43,803 nucleotides of DNA from Guillardia theta CCMP2712 (lineage: Eukaryota; Protista; Cryptophyta). Position numbers and translations under genes: made by a program. The notes under the pieces were generated by a model, which saw only the letters and a program-made list of their open reading frames with translations, was not told where the DNA came from and searched no databases. The stretch's first letter is position 1; each line of letters opens with the position of its first letter. This document shows, one piece after another, positions 1 to 9,249 of the stretch. Where the stretch lies: the NCBI RefSeq assembly GCF_000315625.1, contig NW_005434548.1, positions 153,997 to 197,799 on the forward strand, given 5' to 3'.

Positions 1-815
1 GGATGCCCGGGCAGCTCACGCTTCCTCCCGAGAGCATCTCTGCTGCCCACTGAGACGAGGAGGAGGAAGAGGAGTAGGAAGAGGAGGAGGAGGGGGGGGA
101 GGGAGGAGGAGGGGGAGAACGGGAGGATAGGGTGCAGGGGGGGGAGGACGAAGAAGAGGACGGGGTGGGTTAGGGAGGAGGGGGAAAGGAGGAGGAAAGC
201 TACGAGGCTGATCTGACACCTTATGAAGGATCGCTGCGCCAAGGAAGAGGAGGAGGAAGAGGCCGAACGTTGCAGCTGATGATCTGAGGAAAAGTGAGGG
301 ACGAGGAGGAGAATGCAGGTGTAGGAGGGGGAGGGAGAGGGAGAATGAAGAGTGTAGAGCAGAGTGTCAAGATGGTAGAGCATCACGAATGACGTAGAGA
401 GGTCTTGGAAGGGAGGAATGGAAAGTTGAAGACGGGGAACGAGGTGGCGATGGTGGTGGTGGAGCAGCTGCAGCAGCAAAGGAGGAGGAGGAAGAGGAGG
501 AGGAAGAGCAGCAGGAAGACAAGAAGCAGCAGCAGTGGAGGAGGAGGAGAGGACAGCAGTGGTGGAGGAGGAGAGGAGGGAGGAGAAGGAAAGGGGCAAG
601 GAGTGGGGGGTTCACCTGGAAGGGCATGAGACACGCCCATGGCATCTTTGATAGAGGAGGACGTGCGAGGAAGCGTATGAGTGACCCCGTCGCGTTCATC
701 ATCCTGGTGTAATGTCAGATAGAAGGAGGAGGAGGGAGAGGAGGAGGAGGAGGGGGGGGGGGGCGTGGAGGAGGAGAAGGAGAAGGAGGAAAGGGGGGGG
801 GGAGGGAGGGAGGCA

Positions 816-863
<48 letters not shown>

Positions 864-963
864 NNNNNNNNNNNNNNNNNNNNNNNNNNNNNNNNNNNNN
901 NNNNNNNNNNNNNNNNNNNNNNNNNNNNNNNNNNNNNNNNNNNNNNNNNNNNNNNNNNNNNNN

Positions 964-1016
<53 letters not shown>

Positions 1017-1110
1017 CTCACCGGATGTTCATCGTGTTTGTTTTTTGTCCGGCACGTAATGCTTTTTACCCATTGCGTCCCTCACACACTGAAATATTCC
1101 ATTACAAGTC

Positions 1111-1142
<32 letters not shown>

Positions 1143-1634
1143 CAACAACAACAACGACCACAACGACCACAACTACACTAACATCGTCGTCATCATCATC
1201 ATCATCGTCATCATCATCATTATCATCACCATGACCACCTCCACCATCATCTTCATCATCTCCATCATCTCCACTATCATCTCCACCATCATCCCTCTTC
1301 TCAACCTTCATTCCGCCATGGAGTTCCTCAAGAGGAGACTTGTGTTTGACGTAAGTGATCTGCAAAATGTCTCAGCCTGTCTTGACACCTCTTCTCAACT
1401 TCTCACGCAGATCTCAACATCCGACAGCTTGATCAGAGGGTTCATGCTGTGGTCTGCGAAGCTGCAGGGAAACGTCCCGATCACAGAGAGCAGCAAGAGC
1501 AGGAGCGGGAAGAAGCGAGGGAGATGCTGAGGGAGATACTGGTGCTGCACGGAAAGTAGGTCGAGAATTTTTCTGCGGAGAACAAGAGCAGGAAGAGCAG
1601 GAGAAGGAGCAGTAGAAGCACAAGAAGGAGCATT

Positions 1635-1672
<38 letters not shown>

Positions 1673-2009
1673 TAAGTTCACAGTCTTGACGTGTAGTCAC
1701 CTTGTGACCTCTACGATCTCCGCAGGAGCTGTAAACGCATCATCTCAGGTGTCAATCCTTCCTCCGTCTCACTCAACCTTCGCTGCTGTCCTTGTAGAAC
1801 TCAAGAGTGCCGTCTGCATGGAGGACGCACCAGACCCTCTTGCTGGAGGAAAAGAAAAAACCGTCCGATCGCCGCATCAGCATGCCTCTGATGATAGGGG
1901 TGAGGATGGGGACAGGAGAACAATAGCAAACTCACGAAAACAGGTTGTTTCCGCTTCTCTCAGTTGGCCGATTGCTGGCTCGAGAGCTGAAGCTTGATTG
2001 TTTCATCAT
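1..2009 (-). CDS. Multi-exon gene with N-terminal PH domain (downstream exon structure uncertain; may be two genes; runs off the window start)
   Basis: ATG at 2009 gives MMKQSSFSSRASNRPTERSGNNLFS, spliced via GT-AG to exon 1778-1887 GMLMRRSDGFFFSSSKRVWCVLHADGTLEFYKDSSE, a typical PH-domain beta1-beta3 pattern. Further short exons lie between microsatellite introns (e.g. ~617-703 MMNATGSLIRFLARPPLSKMPWACLMPFQ; ~220-284 hydrophobic ATFGLFLLLFLGAAILHK). Confidence 0.5.
816..1014 (+). repeat. (CAG)n microsatellite interrupted by a 100-N assembly gap (864-963)
   Basis: Pure GCA/CAG repeats on both sides of the N run. Confidence 0.95.
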
Positions 2010-2744
2010 GGTGACTTGATCAGAGTCAGTGTCAAAGAACGATGCAGTTCAACATAACATCCTATGTTTCCCTCTGACAAGAAACCATGTCCTTATCAGA
2101 GCAGTGCCCCGATATACGATCACATTGACAAACGCTTTCTTGGTTGCTCCTCTGTCGACTCTTTCACCATGGTTCTTGCATCGCGCTCTAACTTCGTCTG
2201 GTCTCGACATCATAATCTCTCCTGTTCGTCTCTTCTTCCTGCTGCCCTCACTCCTTCATTCCATCTTCGGCTCCCTTCACGTTTTGCCCTGCAACCGTCT
2301 GGTCTACAAAGCAACAAACTTGAGCTTGACTTGTCTTGCTCTCTAGTTCGCATCTCCCGACCCTTCCACCTGCGACAACGAAGGAGAACAGGATTCTTCT
2401 CGTACTATCGTCGCTTCCTCTCTGCTAGTGCCCCTTCTCACATGAGTACTACCACTAGCTCCCCATTTTGTACCAACAGCTAAAAAAGAACGTAGTCAGA
2501 GGAAGTAAATGAAGTCCGCCTCAGATAAATGCTAGCGGGGGCAGCAACTTTGCTCTACTGAGGTGTATTGAGAGTCTCACTGCCCGCACTGGCACCCAGT
2601 TATCAGAGTGCCCGGCACTGTCGCAGGTTGACTCAGTCAGCGTACTGAGAGGCCGGGCGGCAGGATCGGACAGGTGTGCGGGGCCCGGTGCTCCTCTCCG
2701 AACTCAGTCTGGTGGTTGGCCTTTCTGCTCTCCTGATCATCGGA

Positions 2745-2786
2745 TTGTCCTCGTACTGATTTTTGACTTAACTTTGGGTAAAGACT
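2745..2786 (-). other. Dispersed ~40-nt conserved intergenic motif, copy 1
   Basis: Reverse complement AGTCTTTACCCAAAGTTAAGTCAAAAATCAGTACGAGGACAA matches 12086-12124 and 37486-37527. Confidence 0.85.
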
Positions 2787-3040
2787 CAAACCGCCGGGCC
2801 CGCCCTTTCCGAGGCTCAGTCAGTGGGCCTTTCTCAGTTAGTACTGACGGTATTTATTTTCCGGGCGGCCAAGTCGTAGTTGGAATGGTCAGCTGCCACT
2901 TTAAGATCATACAAGTCTCAGGCTGTTGAAATGATGATGTTGAGGGTCAGAAACGTTTATCCACAAAGGTTGATATCTGAGAGTCGACACTTCATAGCCA
3001 GACAGCTTCGGAGCCCTAGTAAGCTTCACAAGCCTGTGCA

Positions 3041-6000
3041 CTAAAACTTCTTCTCCTCTAACAGTTGTTCCGCACTATCAAAGGCTCTGGAGATGCTGGA
3101 CACCAGCTGCTCTCGTTTCTTCTCGTTCCCTTGCAAGATCGTTGACCTCTCAATCGTCGTCAGGAGCTGATTCAAGTTGGTCGCATCTGGGAGTATAAAC
3201 TTCTGATTTTTGATGTTGTCGTCAAGTGCTTTCTTGTACGCTGCCTTGGCGCGTTTGATCTCTTCGCGGAACCTCTCATACTCCTCGTACGCCTTCTGCT
3301 CTCTCTGCTGGACAGCTGCTGAGTCTCTCTTCTCCTTGCCCATCTGTTGCCACTGGTCAACGGCGCCAGTGAGTCTGGATGACAAGTGCTTCAGCTGCTT
3401 CCCGCTCGAGCTCTCGAGGCTGGCGATGTCACGACGAAGCGCGCCGACTTGCTGAGTGAAGGGAAACACGGGCGGGGGGTGAGCTCGGTAAGAGCTGTTC
3501 TTGATCTCGTCGGTCAGGCTGTTGACTTTCTCTGCCAGGATCTGCACGTCATACTCGAGCTTGGCCTTGCCGATCTTGTCGGCAGACGAGCGGATCTTGT
3601 CGTTGACCTGCTGGATGAGACCGTCGTACCTGCTGTCCTGCATCTGCTCCATCTTGGTCTTGATCTGCTGCAGCTTAGAGCCGTTGGGACTGCCGAACCG
3701 CTCCGAGGCGATCAGTCTCTCTACCGCCATATCGTAATCCAGCAGCGCCTCGTGCAGCTCCAGCATGAGCTGATTGGCCTGCTGGTTGGCTTTACGTTCT
3801 TGGCTGAGCTGGGCGACTTCTTTAGCGCTCTGGAGCCTGGAGGAGAGATCACTTTGAAGCTTGTCGACTTGGTTGGTAAGTATGCTCAGCGAGGCCTCGT
3901 CGAGGGTTTTTTGCGAGGACTGTATCTCCTTTCTGACTTTGTCCAGGGGTGACATGTCAAGCGGCGAGAAGTCTTGCCTGTTGATCTTTCTGTCGAGCGT
4001 TGACCTTAGATTTCTCTCTGCTGTGCTGAAATGTTTGTTCACCTGAAGCATTTTGGTCTTCCACTTTGGATCGACAGACGAGATTCTTTCCCTTTGTTTC
4101 AACGCTTCTCGCTTTGCCGTCGCAAGCCTCTCAAGCAAGTGTTTCTTATCGTGTTCAACAAGCTCACACCGCTCGACATCGTTCTGCAGGCCCTGCAGCA
4201 TGTCTCTGTACATAGCGTCCACGTCGGGGTTGGCCTGCTCCATCACCTTGTAGTGAAAGGATCGGACACACCTGTCAGTTCTCTGACTCATGGCATTGAA
4301 GAACATCTGCATCGCTTTCTGCCGGGTGGTTCGAATCTTGGCGAGGAGATCTGAGCGTTGTGACTCAGAGATGTCAGGGTCGACTTTGATGCTCATCTTG
4401 AGCATCCCCAAGTGATTGAAGTCAGGAAGCTGGACAGAGTCCAAGTCGTGCCCGATCATCTCCCACACATCCGAATCGATCTTGGCGATCGCGGTATCCA
4501 CCTCCCTCACAAGCTTCGCAACGTAATGCTCACTGTTTCGTTCCAGGAGGCACTGGGTAAAGTTGCGTTGAAGGGATTTCACTTCAGCAATGACTCTGTC
4601 AGCTCCAGGCACTTTGCACTTCCTGAGCACCTTTAGGAGGTTCATTTCCTCTTCACATGCAGCTGCAAAATCTTCGCGCGTTGCAGTTGTTTGTTCAAAT
4701 CTAGTTTCAATCTTTCTGGCTGCATTTCGTTTGACTCTACGAAGAATTGACTTCAGATCCGACTGGATGGATTGAGTGAGAGGCAAGCCCAGGTGCAAGG
4801 CTTCGTACACCCGACAGCGAGTCGTTTGGAAGAGATCCATCAGGTCGTCTGCGTTGGTGAGCCCTGTGTCCTCTTTGAAGGCATGCATCGCGCTTGTGGC
4901 CACCAGGTTCTTGGCGAGAGTCTCGCAAGCCATCTTGTCGTCGCTGTTGGAGCTGAGCAGGGAGAGGAACATCTCGCGCAGGTTCTCGATGGTGACCTGG
5001 TCCCCGCCCTCATCAAGCTTGGGTGTCTTGAGCACGAGGGGGATGACAGCTTCCAGGCCGGAGAGGTCCTCGTCCTTGACGGAGAAGATGGACCGCAGGC
5101 TCTGCAGCAGCTCTCTCAGCACATCCCCGCGTCCCTCAGCAGAAGCGATGCTGGCGTAGGGGAAGGCGGCGACGATGGTGACCGACTTAGCGACGGTGAT
5201 GATCCCGCTGATGTTGATGGCGTTGGCGATCTCGAATGTCTTGCCACGCGTATCCTTGAAGCCGGGGCAGTCACAGATCGCCACCTTCCGTTTGGCGTCT
5301 CTGTACACGCCTGGCACGTCAGTCTGCGACTTTCCGCGGTCATGTCCGATGACGAAGATCTCGTTGCCATGGTCATCAGTGATGGGATCGCCCTCTGATA
5401 CGAGGTGGACAGCGCCTCTTTCTTTCTTTGCATGCAAGGAAGACATTCCTTTGATCATGGCAGTGAGGATGGTACTCTTGCCTATGCCAGTTTCACCGAT
5501 GACCATGATGCAATGCATTCCAGCAGCTTTCTTGATCTGTTTGGAAGTTGTCTGCATTTGTTTGTGAAACTCATCTAAGTCCAACTTTGTTGTATCCTCT
5601 GATTCCGTGTCATCGATTTCAGAGCGTGGGGATCCTCGTTGTGTATCACATAATTGATGATCTTCCATCTGATTGATAGAGTGCTCTTGCGATGTTTCGT
5701 TGATGCATTTATGATTGTGACGTCCAGCTTTCTTCTGTTTTGATGGTCGGGATTCGAGGAATTGAGGTTGCTCTAGAATCAAGTTTTGATGGTGATGAGG
5801 CACTAATGAGCAAGTTATTTCTGTTTTGTTCTCATGGATGCTCGAACAAAATGACTCAAGCATGGACGTCTGTGATTCACAGTTAAGATCAAGATCAAAT
5901 CAAAATCTCAGATGTTCATACATCACACGTGTTTTCTTCGACAAGATTTCCATCTTCTCGCTCACGTTTTCTATTTCTGTCCTCGGTTGTTGACTTAGCA

Positions 6001-8562
6001 ACTGCCACAAGCTCCTTAGTTCTTGATCATCGCAAACTTACATCATGTTTCACCTGTTCGCAGCTGCATTGCCGGTCTGGTCCATTCTGCCGTGAAATGA
6101 AGCTGTGACAGCCGTTGAAAGGAAGTGCTCAGTGTGTCAACCCAAGTCTCTCTGATCGCGGTCCATTCCTCCTGGTTGTCACCATCGCTGATGAGCCAAC
6201 CGCTGCTGCTCATCCAAGTCATGAGCTGAGAGACATGAGATCCTGTCAGAGCGCCTTCTTTGTGCTTTCTTGCACTTCTTATCACGAAATTACCAAAGAA
6301 AGCGCTGTTTAGTTCGCTCATCTTCAAGATCACCATGTTGCTGAATGCCTTGTCCAATCTTAAAGAATGGCCATCGAGCAAAATACTCCGACCTTCATCA
6401 GACTGAAAGAAAGTTTTCAAGAATTCTTCCATACGATGCAACGCTTGCTCTAAACTTGTGTTCACGCAGTAACAATCGGGCATGATCTGCTCTCTCCACA
6501 TCTGCAATGTTCCAAGTGAATGTCGCTTGAGCTCGGTCATAACGGTGTAGTCTAGAATTCCTATGGAAAGTTTTTCATTCGAAATTTTTATCCCCTTGGA
6601 GATCCTCCATGACTCAAATGATGGAGAAACAATCTTATACCAAAGCAAATCATTATTCAATTTCTCGAAATCGGATTTGCGAAATTTAGATGCTTTTGAT
6701 CTGTACTGAGAGAGCAACCATTCAGGATCAGACTTTGTGTCTCTTGACCATAAGAAGAAAATCAGGAATGATGAAAGAAAAAAGCAAGAATGAGAATCAT
6801 CGTCGAATATCGAGGTATCTGTTTCACATAGATTCTTCAATACTTCATCGGGAATGACTCCAACAACCCCTGGTTCACTGGAATAAGCTACCAAAACCGT
6901 CGTGCTATCTAAAAGATGCTCTGAGACTGAAGATGAAGGGATTGAGAGGCTTTCAACCAGATCAGCGATAGCCTTGCTGACGTTCTGAATCTGATCTCTT
7001 GACTCCTTTGTTTTGATAAGGCAAAGGTCTCGTGGGATTTGATGTGGGTTCAAAATCACTGCAGAATTCTGTTCTCCATTGGTTCTTGTAACACATGACA
7101 ACATGGTTTCTCGCATCTTCCTGTTATTTCCAAAGATTCCATATTGGTAATCCATGATGGCATTGAAGAACTCTGAACCTTCCACCTGGCAGCCATGATA
7201 AGTATTCCTGCAAGAAATACACCAACACCACGAAGTCGGAACAGACTCGCTGCTAGGTCTTCGAGCAAGAAATTGAGGACAACTTGACTGAGAATATGTG
7301 TCCGTGATGACAACGAAAGTCATATCATTTTCTTCAAGCATGTTTCTGTCTTCAAATTCTCTCAGCAACGAGAATAGTGTGTTTAGGCTTAGAGAATAGT
7401 CTTGAAATTCAACCTTTGTCTTGCTGTCAAACTTGAAAGTGCATGGAGCAAAGAACATCTCATTATCATGAGTCACACTCCTCCCAGCTAAAAAGACTAC
7501 AATCAGCTCGGGTAGAGCTTGGTCGTAACATCGCAAACTCTCTCGTATGAACGTGATCAAATCTGTCTTGCTCCCTGGGTCCTTCAGGATCGAGGAATGT
7601 GCTCTGGAGCTTTGAGAAAGAGATCTGTCAAACTGAGTTGCTTCTTGCACAAAGCATGAAAGTCTGTAATCTTCGGTTGCATAGTTGTCAGCACCGATGC
7701 TAAGCCCAACAACCCTTGGTGCCTCGAGAAAAATGACTTCATAGGAATAGGGAAGGACATCTTTGATTGGAACGACTTCTTGATCATTCCTGGAAGAGTG
7801 TCCGATCTTGCTTGCACTGAAAAACAAAATTTCAGCTGAGCAAACTCATGGCAAGCAAGAGTATTCATAATTCAAGAAATAGAATGGAGCACTGCCTAAT
7901 TATTATTTTCATCATGAGAACTTCAAATCTCAGTTACAATCTTCATACGTCTAGTACCAATTCTTTCGAGCGAAAAGTTTTCTTGCCTTCTCGCTTCGTG
8001 TTGCAAGGCATAATAGTTTCATCAGAGACAGAGGGCATTCACCACGATGCTGCTGCTGATTGTTCTTCTCGGAGAAGATTCCATCCCTGTCAAACACAAC
8101 GTAACTTTTTTTCGTTTCTGTTCTTCTTGACATTTCGTTTTTCCTCTCAATACTTTGGACCACTGCAATGTCAAAATCCCTTGCGCGGTTGAAAATGGGC
8201 TTCGAGGATGAGCGATTTGACCATTCATCAGATGTGAAGATTTCAAGACACACATCTTGCAGCTCATCATCTTCAGTATGGAAGAAATAAAGACGCGCAA
8301 GAGCATCAACCCAAGCTCCCCGAGGAGTTTCAGGAACAAGGCCCTCTCTTGCATAAGGTCTATCAACAATGCATGACAACCTCGTCGACCCGCTTGCGAC
8401 TCTCTCATATAAATCATCCAAGATGACCTTGTCTGCTACAAATGCACCCACTCCTTCGGGAGATTGCTGGGTGTTGCAAATAGCAAAGCGTCTTAGAAGA
8501 TCCGAAGAAATGCGACAAACATGCTCGCGGTCCATAAATTTTTTTCTGCATTGAACGATCAA
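3041..8562 (-). CDS. Predicted fusion gene: unknown N-terminal region + inactive caspase-fold (peptidase C14-like) domain + TRAFAC-type P-loop GTPase + long coiled coil (true start probably ~8.6-8.7 kb)
   Basis: ORFs 7951-8562, 6043-7827 and 3041-5863 join in frame through GT-AG introns 7817-7957, 6087-6141, 6015-6053 and 5870-5921 (bridging exons NGPDRQCSCEQ and ELVAVAKSTTEDRNRKREREDGNLVEENTCD). GTPase motifs VIGETGIGKST and DCPGFKDTRG. Caspase-fold pattern VVGLSIGADNY...LIVVFLAGRS...FVVITDTYS. Confidence 0.7.
3089..5539 (-). repeat. Left arm of ~2.45-kb inverted duplication (GTPase + coiled-coil coding region)
   Basis: Reverse complement of 9418-11865. Alternative-frame ORF translations are identical between arms (e.g. 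4776-5159 vs 9798-10181; 5116-5433 vs 9524-9841). Confidence 0.97.
7017..7715 (-). other. Caspase/metacaspase-like (C14) domain lacking the catalytic dyad
   Basis: Order and spacing match ALxIGNxxY / xVFxxAGHG / xVILDACR, but the His position is R (AGRS, ~7477-7488) and the Cys position is Y (DTYS, ~7291-7303). Confidence 0.65.
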
Positions 8563-8899
8563 GCAAAGGCAATGCTAACTATTCAACAACAGGTAGAAAA
8601 CTCGCAATTTTCTACTTGAGACTAAAACGATATGAAATCTCTTATCTCTGCCTCGCACCTTGCACCACTTCTACGACAACATCTTGCATGGCTTTCATCC
8701 TGCATGTGTTGCTCATGGTGAAGTAAGTACAAAATTCTCTCTTGTTACTGCCATCAGCATTTCCTTCACGCTTTCTTTAACCTCCTACCGCGTCGCTCTC
8801 TTGGTATCTTGCTTCTTTCCTCCTCCTCCCCTCTTCACTTCTCCTCCTCCTCCCCTGCTACCTTCCCTCAGACCATGCTTGTGTGCATTCCAAAGTTCC

Positions 8900-9240
8900 C
8901 ACCAACCTGCATCACCCCACCCTACTGACATCGACCTCGCGCCAAAAAGTCGCCCTCCACCCCAGCATCCTACTCTGAGTACCCACCCTTCTTCATGGTT
9001 GCCTACCCCCACTCGATCTATATGATAGTTCCTAGCTCAAGTTTACGACCTTCTCGTGGCCGCAAGGGTACTGGGGCTGAGTCCAAGGTGAGTGTGCATT
9101 GCAGGGAGGGGTGGTATATGATTGAGCAAAGTGGGGGTGATAGAGGTAAGTTGGTGGGGTCATCCAATGTAGGATGCAATGCCGATGGGGGTAGTGTAAT
9201 TCATCAGTCATCGGTAACGAGGGGTAGGGTAGTTCACAAA
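8900..9240. promoter_or_regulatory. Probable bidirectional promoter between the divergent GTPase genes
   Basis: CACCCC/TACCC-rich left half switches near 9040 to a GGGGTG/GGGTAG-rich right half, so each sense strand is G-rich just upstream of its gene. Confidence 0.45.
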
Positions 9241-9249
9241 AGCGCAGAT

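Noticed and set aside
2900-2925. Possible CaaX (ETCMI...) downstream of the copy A stop
   Set aside because: The frame reads CMILKW with no stop after four residues, and I found no convincing splice joining it to the ORF.
3172-5567. Overlapping antisense and alternative-frame ORFs in the GTPase arms (also 9402-11890)
   Set aside because: Shadow ORFs of a GC3-rich coding strand; duplicated only because the DNA is duplicated.
8995-9249. First 85 codons of the 997-aa ORF as real protein
   Set aside because: Overlaps the G-rich promoter-like tract and has atypical composition; ATG 9250 is more plausible, though upstream exons cannot be excluded.
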